From Polyangiaceae bacterium (GTDB lineage Bacteria; Myxococcota_A; Polyangia; Polyangiales; Polyangiaceae): DNA of 64,000 nt. Shown piece by piece: positions 30,318-40,071 of this stretch. Made by a program: the position numbers and the translations under genes. The notes under the pieces are model-generated. The model worked only from the letters and a program-made list of their open reading frames with translations. It made no database searches and was not told the origin of the DNA. Numbering within the stretch: the first letter of the stretch is position 1; the number at the start of each line of letters is the position of its first letter. The DNA lies in NCBI GenBank assembly GCA_044376115.1, contig JBILLK010000041.1, positions 1 through 64,000 on the forward strand, given 5' to 3'.

Positions 30318-31153
30318 TCGCGAACGTCACTGCGCTCACTTTGCCGCAGCCGGATCCGGATGAGCCCGGCTTCATCGCCGCGCTGTCGGGCTGCGGCGTC
30401 GAGGCCGAGGTGGTGGCCTGGGATGACCCAGCGGTGGATTGGTCGCGCTACCCGCTCGTGGTGCTGCGCTCGACCTGGAACTACATCCACAAGCTGGAGG
30501 CCTTTCGCGCGTGGCTCACGCGCGTGAGCTCGATCACCAAGCTGCTCAACCCGGCGGCCGACGTTTTGTGGAACCTCGACAAGCGTTACCTGCGTGAGCT
30601 CGCGAGCGATGGTTTGGCGGTGGTGCCAACGCGCTGGGTCGAGCGTGAGGACGCGCGCTCCTCGGCGGAGCTGCTCGACGGTCTCGTGGACGTGGTGATC
30701 AAGCCAGTGGTTTCGGCTGGGTCGTTCTCGACCGATCGCTTCAAGCTCGAAGGCGCCGAGCGCGAGCGTGCGATCGCCTTCCTCGATCAGCAGCGAGCTG
30801 CACGCGCGATGATGATTCAGCCGTATCAGCCCTCGATCGACAGTTGGGGCGAGCGCTCGCTCGTCTTCATCGACGGGGCATTCACCCACGCCATGCGCAA
30901 AAGCCCGCGCTTTCTCGGCGGGCCGGTGGTGGTGGAGGGACCGGTTGAAGCGGCCGCCGACGAACTAGAACTCGCTACGCGGTTGATGCGGCGCTTCTCG
31001 GGCCGGCTGCTCTACGCTCGGGTCGACCTCGTTCGCGATAACGACGGCCAGCCGCAGCTGATGGAACTCGAGATCACCGAGCCGTGGCTGATGTTGAGCC
31101 GCTATCCAGCTGCCGAAGCGGCGATGGCAGCTGCCATCGCCCGCCGACTCTAG
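30314..31153 (+). CDS. ATP-grasp ligase (RimK/glutathione synthetase-like)
   Basis: WDDP.VDW, RSTW.Y, N.DKRYL, VIKP.VSAGS, IQPY, YARVDL, MELEI.EP. Confidence 0.85.
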   Translation: MIANVTALTLPQPDPDEPGFIAALSGCGVEAEVVAWDDPAVDWSRYPLVVLRSTWNYIHKLEAFRAWLTRVSSITKLLNPAADVLWNLDKRYLRELASDGLAVVPTRWVEREDARSSAELLDGLVDVVIKPVVSAGSFSTDRFKLEGAERERAIAFLDQQRAARAMMIQPYQPSIDSWGERSLVFIDGAFTHAMRKSPRFLGGPVVVEGPVEAAADELELATRLMRRFSGRLLYARVDLVRDNDGQPQLMELEITEPWLMLSRYPAAEAAMAAAIARRL

Positions 31154-31155
31154 CG

Positions 31156-31545
31156 TCAGTTCACCTGGTCTGCGCTGACTTTGGTGCTGGCCTTGGCGTT
31201 CGCTTCGCTCTGGGTGCGGCGCGCCTGCATCCGCTCGACCTCGCGATCCATCGTCCCGCGCAGCGTCTTGCCCCACATCTTGAAGTCACCGATCAGCGAC
31301 CACAGCGGGTATTTGAAGCTCGCCGGCTTGTTCTTCTCGACGAAGAAGTGGCCCACCCAGGCGGGGCCGTAGCCTGCGACCAAGGCCAGCGGGATCAACG
31401 CCGGCTGGCGCCGAATGGCGGCTGCGCCGAGCACTGCAACGGCCGCGGTGGTGCCGACGAAGTGCAAGCGCCGGTTGGTCTTGTTCGCGTGCTCGAGCAC
31501 GTAGAAGGGCCAAAACTCCTCGAACGATCCGATGCGGTCACTCAT
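31156..31545 (-). CDS. DUF962/Mpo1-like membrane protein
   Basis: FWPFY..EH....NR.LHFVGT, AWVGHFF.EKNKPASF.YP.WSL..DF. Confidence 0.88.
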   Translation of the reverse strand: MSDRIGSFEEFWPFYVLEHANKTNRRLHFVGTTAAVAVLGAAAIRRQPALIPLALVAGYGPAWVGHFFVEKNKPASFKYPLWSLIGDFKMWGKTLRGTMDREVERMQARRTQSEANAKASTKVSADQVN

Positions 31546-31616
31546 TGCAACGTCCTTTTCCTACGCTCGTGGCAGCGCGCCCGGAGTGTGCTCCGAGCGC
31601 CCATGGTTTTCAAGGC

Positions 31617-32408
31617 TCAGAAGCCGGAGAACGACGGCTTTCGCTTGCCTAGGTAGGCCGAAAGCCCTTCCTTGCAGTCCTTCGAAGCGAACAGCGCCGC
31701 TTGCAGTTCACGCTCGAGCGCGAGGCCTTGCTCCATGCCTACGTCGAGCCCGGAGATCACCGCGCGCTTGATGGCGCCGACGGCGAGGCTGGCGCGCTCC
31801 GGCTTGGCGAACCGACGGGCGTACTCTTCGACCTTGGTCATGAAGGCGGCGTGGCTCTCGGTCTCCCAGACGTGGTGCAGCAGCCCGAGCTTCTTGCCCT
31901 CGTCGAACGCGAAGGTGGTGCCCTCCACCATCAACTCGATGGCCTTGGCCCTACCGACCGCGCGGGCCAGCCGCTGCGTGCCGCCGGTTCCTGGCAGTAC
32001 GCCGAGGTTCACTTCGGGCAGGCCCATCTTCCCAGCTCCAGCCCGCGCAACCAGCAGGTCACAGGCCAGCGCGATCTCGAGCCCACCCCCGACGCAGTGA
32101 CCATTGATCGCTGCGATCGTCAGCTTGGGCGTGTGCTCGAGCCGCAGCAGCGTCTCGTTCGCGTGCAGGCAGAAGTAGTACTTGAAGCGCTCATCGGCCT
32201 CTTTGAGCATGTTGATGTTCGCCCCGGCACAGAAGAACTTCTCGCCGTGACCGGTCAACACCAACACCTGCACGTCGGGATCGAAGCGGGCCTCGAGGAT
32301 CGCCGAGTCGAGGTCCTTCATCATCTCGAAGGTGTAGCCGTTGGTGGGCGGATCATTGAGCGTGAGAAACGCAACACCGTTGGAGGTCGTGTAGTCGACA
32401 AGAGCCAT
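31617..32408 (-). CDS. Enoyl-CoA hydratase/isomerase family
   Basis: FCAGANI, AAINGHCVGGGLE, GLPEV.LG..PG.GGTQRL. Confidence 0.93.
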   Translation of the reverse strand: MALVDYTTSNGVAFLTLNDPPTNGYTFEMMKDLDSAILEARFDPDVQVLVLTGHGEKFFCAGANINMLKEADERFKYYFCLHANETLLRLEHTPKLTIAAINGHCVGGGLEIALACDLLVARAGAGKMGLPEVNLGVLPGTGGTQRLARAVGRAKAIELMVEGTTFAFDEGKKLGLLHHVWETESHAAFMTKVEEYARRFAKPERASLAVGAIKRAVISGLDVGMEQGLALERELQAALFASKDCKEGLSAYLGKRKPSFSGF

Positions 32409-32535
32409 GCCGGGGGCTTAGCCCGGGTGCGCCGCCGTTAAAAGAAGCACGAAGGTGCCTGCGCAAAAGGCTGCGTTCAGTGGTACACAGCTGTTTCGAG
32501 AATGTCATCCGCCCGGCGGCGGAACGGAGCCAGCT

Positions 32536-32811
32536 GTGAGCGACGAAATTCGGAAAAATCTCAAAGAGCTCATGATCGTCGAGCTGAATCTGGTGGGGAA
32601 GAAGCCCGAGGACATCGACGACGCGGCGCCGCTGTTTGGTGCTGGGCTCGGGCTCGACTCGCTGGACGCGCTTCAACTGGCGATGGTGGTGGAGGAGAAG
32701 TTCGGCGTGAAGGTCCCCGAAGGGGAGCCCGCTCGCAAGATCTTCGCGTCGGTGGACGCGTTGGTTGCTCATATCGCTGCGGTGCGTCTCAGCGCAGATG
32801 AAGCTCGATAG
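32536..32811 (+). CDS. Acyl carrier protein
   Basis: PLFG.GLGLDSLDAL phosphopantetheine motif; GTG at 32536 after GGAG. Confidence 0.92.
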   Translation: MSDEIRKNLKELMIVELNLVGKKPEDIDDAAPLFGAGLGLDSLDALQLAMVVEEKFGVKVPEGEPARKIFASVDALVAHIAAVRLSADEAR

Positions 32812-34993
32812 CGCGCAGGCTCGACCAGTGTGGGTCACCGGTCTCGGTGCGGTGACGCCGCTCGGTGGCACCGTCGCAGAAACCATGGCCGGGCTTTGGG
32901 CTGGGCAGCGGGGTATCGGCGAGCTGAGCCTGTTCAAGTTGCAGGGCGCTCGCTCAAGCGTCGCTGGCGAGGTGCAACAGCTCGAGCGCGGGTCGATCGC
33001 CGCGCGCACCGACGCGATGGCCGTGCAGGCGGCGCGTGAAGCGCTGGGCATGGCCGGCCTTTCGCCGAGTGAAGCGGCCGTGCATATGGTGGTCGGCGGC
33101 ACCACCGCCGGCATGTTCGAGACCGAAGAGCTGCTCACCCAGCTCGGTTCGATCGATCTGGACGTCGAGTTGCGTCACCGGCTGCGGACGCATCCGCTCT
33201 CGTCGACGGTGGACGTGTTGTGTCGCGAGGTTGGGCCGTTCGCGAGCGCGCGCACCGTGTGCTGCGCCTGTACGAGCGGCGTCGCAGCGTTGGCGTTGGC
33301 GTGGTCGTGGATCCGCAGCGGCCGCGCGGACGTCGTGCTTGCAGGCGGCGCGGATGCATTGTGTCGGCTGACCTACGGCGGCTTCGGCGCGTTGGCCGTG
33401 CTGGACCCAGCGCTGTGTCGGCCCTTCGATGTGACGCGCGCTGGGCTCAATCTGGGGGAGGGCGCGGGCTTCCTCGTGCTCGAGTCGCAAGCCTCGGCCG
33501 AGCGTCGCGCGGTCAAGCCTTTGGCCCGCATCGTCGGCGTGGCGCTCGGCGGAGAGGCGCATCACATCACCAACCCGGAGCCCGGCGGCGCTACCGCGGC
33601 CGACATCATGCGCAGGGCGATCCAAGCCGCGCAGCTGACGCCCGCGGACATCGGCTACGTGAACGCGCACGGCACTGCAACGCCACACAATGACGCCGCT
33701 GAGTCGGCCGCCATCCGCGCTTGTTTTGGCGAAGTTCGGGTGCCCGTTTCTTCGTCCAAAGGGCAGATCGGGCACACGCTCGGCGCCGCTGGCGCGATCG
33801 AAGCGGTGATCACGGTGAAGACGGTTGAGACCGGAACGCTTCCGCCGACCGTCGGCTTGGGCGAGGTCGATCCGGCTTGCGACCTCAACCACCTGCGCGA
33901 GACGGTGCAGCAATCGGCGCCGCTCACTGCGATGTCCAACTCGTTTGGTTTTGGCGGCACCGGCGGTACAGTCGTGATCAGCTCGCGGCCCGAGCTGTTC
34001 GAGTTCCCACCGAGTGTGCTGCCACGCACCGTAATCACCGGAGCTGCGGTGGTCGCCTTGGGGAAGGTGCTGCAAGGCGCGGAGCTCGCCGAGCTGTTGG
34101 TCCCGGTCGTCGGCGGCGCCTCTGTTGAGGCCGCCGCGCCGCCCGCGAGTGATCCGACCAACGTGCTCGACGCAGGCCGCTCTCGTCGGATGGACCGTTC
34201 AGCGCGGCTCTCTACCCTGGTCATGTCGGCCGCGCTCGACAACGCCAACGCTGCCTCGAACCGTGAGGTCGAGCGAGACCGCATGGCGGCGGTGAGCGGC
34301 ACCGCGTTCGGCAACGTAGACGGCAGCATGCGCTTCATGAAGCGCATGCTCGAGAAGGGCGCGCAGTTCGCGAGCCCGGTGGATTTTCCAAACATGGTGC
34401 CATCGTCGCCGGTGAGCCACGCGGCCATTTACTGCGGTTTGCGTGGGCCAGCTTTGGCAACGCCGGATCTCTCGGCAACCGCCGAGAGCGCGCTAGCGAC
34501 CGGTCTCGAGCTGATCGAAGGCGGGGTTTCACAAACGGCTGTGGTCGGTAGCGTGGAGGAGGTGAGCGACCTCGCCGAGCGCGTGCTGGCTCCGCTGCTC
34601 GGCGTTCGAACCTTGTCGGCGCATTCGGAGGGCGCCTCGGCGTTGGTTTTGGAGACGGCCGCCGATGCGCAGGCACGAGGCAAGCGAGCCTTGGCTGCGG
34701 TGGTGGTGTGGCGTTCGACGCGCCAAGCGGATCTGCTCCAAGCGTTGCCGGCTCCGCCTCCAGGCGCGATCGTGGTTTCGGAGCCAAACGTCGACGTCGT
34801 CGCGCTGCTCGTCGGCAGCGCCTGGCAAGACGTGCCGTGCTTTACGCTGGCCCGCGCTGCAGGTGAACACGTCGGGCTGGGTGGCGTAGCGTTGGCGGCT
34901 GCTGCCCAGCGGCTCGCGTCCACCCCCGGTAGCGCGCTGGTTCTAGGAGCGGCGCCTGATCGGGCGTACGCCTTCTTGCTCGAGAGCGAATAG
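32798..34993 (+). CDS. Ketosynthase fused to a second non-catalytic KS/CLF-like domain
   Basis: N-terminal KS: CACTSG, NAHGTAT, KGQIGHTLGAAG, NSFGFGG; C-terminal KS-like half (RRMDR, SPVDFPN.V) with no active-site Cys. Confidence 0.85.
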   Translation: MKLDSAQARPVWVTGLGAVTPLGGTVAETMAGLWAGQRGIGELSLFKLQGARSSVAGEVQQLERGSIAARTDAMAVQAAREALGMAGLSPSEAAVHMVVGGTTAGMFETEELLTQLGSIDLDVELRHRLRTHPLSSTVDVLCREVGPFASARTVCCACTSGVAALALAWSWIRSGRADVVLAGGADALCRLTYGGFGALAVLDPALCRPFDVTRAGLNLGEGAGFLVLESQASAERRAVKPLARIVGVALGGEAHHITNPEPGGATAADIMRRAIQAAQLTPADIGYVNAHGTATPHNDAAESAAIRACFGEVRVPVSSSKGQIGHTLGAAGAIEAVITVKTVETGTLPPTVGLGEVDPACDLNHLRETVQQSAPLTAMSNSFGFGGTGGTVVISSRPELFEFPPSVLPRTVITGAAVVALGKVLQGAELAELLVPVVGGASVEAAAPPASDPTNVLDAGRSRRMDRSARLSTLVMSAALDNANAASNREVERDRMAAVSGTAFGNVDGSMRFMKRMLEKGAQFASPVDFPNMVPSSPVSHAAIYCGLRGPALATPDLSATAESALATGLELIEGGVSQTAVVGSVEEVSDLAERVLAPLLGVRTLSAHSEGASALVLETAADAQARGKRALAAVVVWRSTRQADLLQALPAPPPGAIVVSEPNVDVVALLVGSAWQDVPCFTLARAAGEHVGLGGVALAAAAQRLASTPGSALVLGAAPDRAYAFLLESE

Positions 34994-34994
34994 C

Positions 34995-35741
34995 GTGAGT
35001 CTGCGCGCGGTTCTCGGCTGCTGTTCGCTGCTCGTGGGCTGTTCGGGCCTCTCGCGCGAGCCGGTGCAGCCCGGTTCCGCGGAGGACTTCGTGCGAGCGC
35101 GCGAGACGCTGCAACGCTTGGCCGAGGAGACGGCCACGTCGCGAACCCAGACGGTGCAGCTCTCGATGTCAGCGCCTTACTTGCCCAGCGAGGTCTCCTC
35201 GCGCGGGGCGGTTGCGCTGCGTCCGCCCGGCGAACTGCGCATGATTCTGCTCGGCCCCGGAGGCGCAACGGCGCTCGACGTTTGGATCTCGGGGCAGCGT
35301 TATCGCTTGGAGATCCCGGCGCTCGAGCGCGTAGTTTCAGGCAGCACGAACGCTGAGTTGCAACAAGAGCGCGGCCTGCCGATCGGCTTTCTGCGTTGGT
35401 GGCTCTTGCATCCGTTCTCGGCGCGGCTGCAAGCGGCGCGTCCGCGAGAGGGCGGGCTCGAGCTGCTGCTGCGCGATGAAGACGGCGCAACCATCGAGCT
35501 CTGGTTGCAACCAGACGGGTCGATCTCGGCCACGCGCAGTAGCGTGCGTCGCCGGGACGGAGAGATCGTGCGTCTCGACGAGGAGACGGTGCACGCGTCG
35601 AAGGCAGGCTGCGGCGAGGTGCGCTACAGCCAACGCTCGACGCGGCTCACCTCGACGGTTCGTTGCGAGTCGGAGCGCGGGACCGTCAACGCCAAGGCCT
35701 TTGAACAGCCCCAAGCCGTCTGTCGAGGGCCCGCGTGCTAG
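34995..35741 (+). CDS. Lipoprotein, possibly LolB/DUF4292-like
   Basis: LLVGC lipobox; P..LR..LLGP.G...LD beta-rich pattern. Confidence 0.5.
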   Translation: MSLRAVLGCCSLLVGCSGLSREPVQPGSAEDFVRARETLQRLAEETATSRTQTVQLSMSAPYLPSEVSSRGAVALRPPGELRMILLGPGGATALDVWISGQRYRLEIPALERVVSGSTNAELQQERGLPIGFLRWWLLHPFSARLQAARPREGGLELLLRDEDGATIELWLQPDGSISATRSSVRRRDGEIVRLDEETVHASKAGCGEVRYSQRSTRLTSTVRCESERGTVNAKAFEQPQAVCRGPAC

Positions 35742-37600
35742 CACGCGCGAGCATCGTCGCCGTGGGCGCCATCTCGCCGCTCGGCGAAGGGGAAGCCGCC
35801 TTCCATCCCGGTGATTTGGACCAGCCCGTACGCTGTACGATCGAGCGAGATGGTGCCTTCGTCGAGGCTGGTTTCGCACGGCCGTTCGCTGCTCGTGCGG
35901 CGCAACTCGCCGCGCCGGCCGAGCTCCGTGTCGCGGACAGGCTGCTGCTCCACGCCCTCGGCGCGTGCATCGATCAAGCGAGCGCAGCGGGGCTCTTGCA
36001 GGGCAAGCGGGTGCGGCTCGTGCTCGGTACTTCGTCGGGCGGTATGGAGGCGGCCGAGCAGCTCTTTCGCCTGCGCGCCGCCGCTGCGGACCCGGCCCAG
36101 CTCGACGTCCGCGACACGGCTCTAGCGTCCACCTACTTCGCGCCCCACCAGCGCGCGGTCGCACGGCTCGAGGCTGCGGGCGCAGCACCGCAACGCGCGC
36201 TGCACTTGGTGACAGCCTGTGCTGCGTCGACCTGGGCGCTCGGGGTCGGCTTGCGCTGGCTCCAGGAAGACGATTGCGATCTCGTGTTCGCCGGCGGTTA
36301 CGACGCGCTGACGGTCTTCGTTGGGGCCGGCTTCGAGTGTCTGCGTGCAACCAGCGCCTCACGCCCTTCGCCCTTCGCCCTCACTCGTGACGGCATGGCT
36401 CTCGGAGAGGGCGCCGGCGTGGTCGCGCTGGTACGGGAAGGGGAGGAGGGCCGCGCGCTCCGTCGTTCGTTCGTGAGTGGCTTCGGCGCCTCCACCGACG
36501 CCTTTCATGTGACCGCCCCGGATCGCAATGGGGACGGGCTTTATCGCGCGGGAGCGGCCGCGCTCGCTGACGCCGGTTTGAGCTCGCAGCAGTGCGGGCT
36601 GGTATCTGCTCACGCGACGGCGACGCCGTTCAACGACGCCATGGAATGGAAGGCGATCGAGCGTTTGTTCGGCGTTCATGCGCCGTACGTTCATCCGTTC
36701 AAAGCGCAGATCGGCCATACGCTGGGAGCGGCCGGCGTTCTCGAGACGCTGGCGTTGGCTCGCGCCGTTGAGCTCGGCTGCATTCCCGCCGCGGTGATCC
36801 CAGCCACCCCGGATCCTGAGACGCCAGCGCGGCTCGCGCCGGTGACCTGTGCAGCACCGCTGCAGGCCGGCCTGAAGTTGTCGGCGGCCTTCGGTGGTGC
36901 CAACGCTGCGCTGATCGTCGAGCGCGCGGACGTTGCGCCTTCGCGTCACGTTCGCCCGGCTCGCCGCGCTTTCGTGCGCAACTTCGCTCAGGTGGACGCG
37001 GTCGACCTCGAGCGGCTCGCGCTGGTGACCGGCCAAGCCCAAGACAAGCTCGAACGGCTCGATGCGCTTTCGCTGCTCGCTGCTAGCGCCGTCGCGCAAC
37101 TCCAAGACAGAGGCGCGCTCGCGGGGGATGGTGCTGGTGTCGTAGTGGGCCACAGTCTGGCCACGCTCGACATCAACGAGCGCTTTTTCTCCAAGGTGCT
37201 TGGCAAAGGTCCGCGCTTCGCCGAGCCGAAGCTATTTCCGCCCACTTCGCCGAACTTGGTGGCAGGTCAACTGGCCATCCTGTTCGGCCTGCGCGGGCCG
37301 AGCGCTGCGCTTGCAGGCGGCCCTAATACGGCGCTCGATCCAATGGCGCTCGCGCGGACGTTGGTGCGCTGCGGAGACTGCGAGCGCGTGGTCGTCGTGG
37401 CGATTGACTACCTGGGGGAGACGTCGCGGTTCGTGCAAGCTGAGGCGTTCGCGGCGCACGAGGACGTGCAGCACGGTGCTACGGTTGCGCTCGTTGATTG
37501 CGTAGCTGAAGGCAGTTTGTTCGAGCTCCGTTGCGAGCCACCGCGCGTTGGCTTCGGCCGCATCGCCCTGCTTGATTACCTGCGCGGGCAAGGCTCGTGA
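35735..37600 (+). CDS. Second ketosynthase with fused CLF-like domain
   Basis: TACAAS, SAHATATP, KAQIGHTLGAAG, AFGGAN; C-terminal KS-like half (RLD.LS.L, P.LFP.TSPN). Confidence 0.82.
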   Translation: MLARASIVAVGAISPLGEGEAAFHPGDLDQPVRCTIERDGAFVEAGFARPFAARAAQLAAPAELRVADRLLLHALGACIDQASAAGLLQGKRVRLVLGTSSGGMEAAEQLFRLRAAAADPAQLDVRDTALASTYFAPHQRAVARLEAAGAAPQRALHLVTACAASTWALGVGLRWLQEDDCDLVFAGGYDALTVFVGAGFECLRATSASRPSPFALTRDGMALGEGAGVVALVREGEEGRALRRSFVSGFGASTDAFHVTAPDRNGDGLYRAGAAALADAGLSSQQCGLVSAHATATPFNDAMEWKAIERLFGVHAPYVHPFKAQIGHTLGAAGVLETLALARAVELGCIPAAVIPATPDPETPARLAPVTCAAPLQAGLKLSAAFGGANAALIVERADVAPSRHVRPARRAFVRNFAQVDAVDLERLALVTGQAQDKLERLDALSLLAASAVAQLQDRGALAGDGAGVVVGHSLATLDINERFFSKVLGKGPRFAEPKLFPPTSPNLVAGQLAILFGLRGPSAALAGGPNTALDPMALARTLVRCGDCERVVVVAIDYLGETSRFVQAEAFAAHEDVQHGATVALVDCVAEGSLFELRCEPPRVGFGRIALLDYLRGQGS

Positions 37601-37791
37601 GCGTGACATTTTGGCAGCACGACCTTCAGCGAATCGAGCGTTTGCGCCACGCTGACAACTTCCCGCGCGAGACGACAATCTTGCTTGCTGCGCATCATTT
37701 TCCCAAATAGGGTCACTGAGGCTCAGCGAGGAAATGAACGTTTGGTTCGTGGAATGCTTGAGCCTGCACGCCGGTTCTCTCGACTGCTGAG

Positions 37792-38337
37792 ATGCCCATG
37801 AGCAAACAATTCCCCCCGAAGTCGAAGCTTCCTTTCGGCGCACGAAGTCTCTCGGTTTTGGTCGTCGGCCTTGGGCTGACCTCGTCGGCCTGCGCGAAGA
37901 GCTACATCCCCAACACGGATGTCGAAGACAACGAGGACAACCGAGAGGTGATCGCCTTCTGCGAGCGCTATCGCCGAGCCGTCGAGAAGCGAGATGCCGG
38001 CGGTATGCTTCAGCTCGTGTCGCCCCAATACTACGAGGACGGCGGCAACCCCGACGCCTCCGACGACATGGACTACGAGCAGTTCAAGTCGTGGCTTACC
38101 GGAGAGGGCGTTGATGAAGAAGGCATCGCCTTCCGCGACGCCACCGCCATTCGACACGAGATTCGTTATCGCCGCATCGTGCGCGAGACCGACCGCGTGT
38201 TCGTTGACTACACCTACAGCGCGAGCTTCCGCGTTCCTAGCGGCAAAGCCGACGCCTGGAAGCGCAAGGTGGATGACAACCGGCTTGAGCTCGTCCGCGA
38301 TGAGAGCGGTGAGTTCAAGATCGTCTCCGGCATGTAA
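37792..38337 (+). CDS. Lipoprotein, NTF2-like fold
   Basis: SSAC lipobox-like leader; helix-rich N-terminus then beta strands. Confidence 0.6.
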   Translation: MPMSKQFPPKSKLPFGARSLSVLVVGLGLTSSACAKSYIPNTDVEDNEDNREVIAFCERYRRAVEKRDAGGMLQLVSPQYYEDGGNPDASDDMDYEQFKSWLTGEGVDEEGIAFRDATAIRHEIRYRRIVRETDRVFVDYTYSASFRVPSGKADAWKRKVDDNRLELVRDESGEFKIVSGM

Positions 38338-38386
38338 ACGTAGGCCCTTCGTGATCGGCTGCGACGTGAGCGGCCGGGATCGACAT

Positions 38387-38414
38387 AAAGCCTCGCTCTA
38401 ACGAGCGAGGCTTT
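38387..38414. terminator. Bidirectional intrinsic terminator-like hairpin
   Basis: AAAGCCTCGCTC-TAAC-GAGCGAGGCTTT: perfect 12-bp stem between convergent genes. Confidence 0.75.
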
Positions 38415-38421
38415 GGCGTTC

Positions 38422-39417
38422 TCAGTTGAGCGCGGGGTCAGAGGAAGTCATGTCGTCGAACACGCCGCGTTCCTTGGCTTCGGTCAACGAGCGCAGCGCG
38501 GTTCGGTAGCCGCGCAACACGAGCGAGCGGGCGTTGAAGCGGTTGAGGTAGCTGAAGGCGCCGATGTCCGGCGCGATATCGAGGAACACCACGCGCGGGT
38601 GCGTGCGGCTCGTGAGCTCGACGCCGCGCCGCTCCTTCTCCGACATCACGAGGTTGACGGCCTGCCGAATCATGCCGAAGGGCCCGCTGCGGGCGATTGA
38701 GCGTTCGCCTGGGGCACGCTCCTCTGGCCGATAGATATTCGAGATGATGACCACGTTGGCGCCGGCGTTGACCGCGAGATCGAGCGACAAGGTTCGCTTC
38801 ACCTCGGCGTCCATCAAGTAACGCGAACCGACCTTGAGCGGGCGGAACACGCCCGGGATGGCGCAGCTCGCCGCGACGGCGCGGCTCATCGGCACGTCGG
38901 TTCGGTGCCCGCGGCCGAACACCACCCGCTCGCCTGAGTCGACATCCACGGCGGTCACGAGAATTTGGTTCTCGATTCGGTTGAAGTCGTTCTCGGGCAA
39001 AAAGCGCTCGAGCACCCGCTCCAGCTTGTGCGTCGAGAAGGCGCCGGACAGCAGGTAGCCCGGATCGAGGAAGTCCTCGAGCCGGGGCGCACCGAGAAAG
39101 GTGCTCATGTACAGCCGCGGACCCTGGTGACGGCGCCGCCACGGCAATCGGTAGGCGTCGAGCAGCACGTCGAGCGGAATGTCTTGCCCGTACGTCGAGG
39201 CGACCAAGGCGCCGGCGCTGGTTCCTACGAAGATCGTAGGAACGATGCCAATCTCTTCACACGCCTTCAGCACACCCAAGTGTGCGAGGCCGCGGGCGGC
39301 GCCACCCGACCCGACGAAAGCAACCTTCAGAGGGACCATGCTCAGTAGTTTCGCGATCTGATGGCTAGGTGGCAAACTTCTTTTGGGATCGCCGCTCGCT
39401 ATTTGAAAGGTCGCCAC
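38422..39417 (-). CDS. Patatin-like phospholipase
   Basis: GSGGAARG.AHLG, GTSAG, ASCAIPG.F.P; the DGG motif appears as DAE. Confidence 0.88.
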   Translation of the reverse strand: MATFQIASGDPKRSLPPSHQIAKLLSMVPLKVAFVGSGGAARGLAHLGVLKACEEIGIVPTIFVGTSAGALVASTYGQDIPLDVLLDAYRLPWRRRHQGPRLYMSTFLGAPRLEDFLDPGYLLSGAFSTHKLERVLERFLPENDFNRIENQILVTAVDVDSGERVVFGRGHRTDVPMSRAVAASCAIPGVFRPLKVGSRYLMDAEVKRTLSLDLAVNAGANVVIISNIYRPEERAPGERSIARSGPFGMIRQAVNLVMSEKERRGVELTSRTHPRVVFLDIAPDIGAFSYLNRFNARSLVLRGYRTALRSLTEAKERGVFDDMTSSDPALN

Positions 39418-39430
39418 CCGAGCGCGACGA

Positions 39431-40069
39431 TCAGCGGGTCAGCGGAAAGTCCTCGACAACGCGGTGGATGACGAAACCACCGTCGTTGCGCCGCAGCAGG
39501 AACGAGAGCGTGGGCCCGAGCAAGCGTCCCTGACGGCTGTTCGGCAAGCTGATCGGCACTACCACGAGCACGTCGGAAGCCTCGGTTCGCTCGCTTGGTG
39601 GTAGCCCGTTCGCCGCAAGGTCGCCGAGCTGCGCGGGCCACTCGGCGACGAAGTCGTCGTTGCGCAGCAAGCGAAAGTCGTTCACGTCGTAGAACTGCAG
39701 GCTCTCGAGCGGGGTGTAGTCGAGGCGTGCGAAGCGCCGGGCCCAGGTGTTGATGGCGTTCTCCCGAGCGCCACGCTCGGGATCGAGTTGGTGGCAGTCG
39801 CTCGTCATCAGCCCGCGTGCAGCTTCGACATCTTCACGCGTTACCGCTTCGAGGAAGTTGGTTACCACCTTGAGGACCACGCGATCCTCGGGCGGAGTTC
39901 GCAGCAGCACTACACCCTCGGCAGCGTGGCTCACCCGCTGCGGCGCTCCGAAGCCCGTCGCAGGATCCACCGTAACGCCGTCAGGCTGCCGGCGCTCTCC
40001 GAGCTCTCGATAGGTGGTTGCAGGTGAACAAGCTACGGCCGCAAGCGCGGCCCACGCGACGCGCTTCAC
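39431..40069 (-). CDS. Hypothetical lipoprotein
   Basis: GTG 40069 VKRVAWAALAAVAC leader just after the upstream gene's stop. Confidence 0.6.
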   Translation of the reverse strand: MKRVAWAALAAVACSPATTYRELGERRQPDGVTVDPATGFGAPQRVSHAAEGVVLLRTPPEDRVVLKVVTNFLEAVTREDVEAARGLMTSDCHQLDPERGARENAINTWARRFARLDYTPLESLQFYDVNDFRLLRNDDFVAEWPAQLGDLAANGLPPSERTEASDVLVVVPISLPNSRQGRLLGPTLSFLLRRNDGGFVIHRVVEDFPLTR

Positions 40070-40071
40070 AC

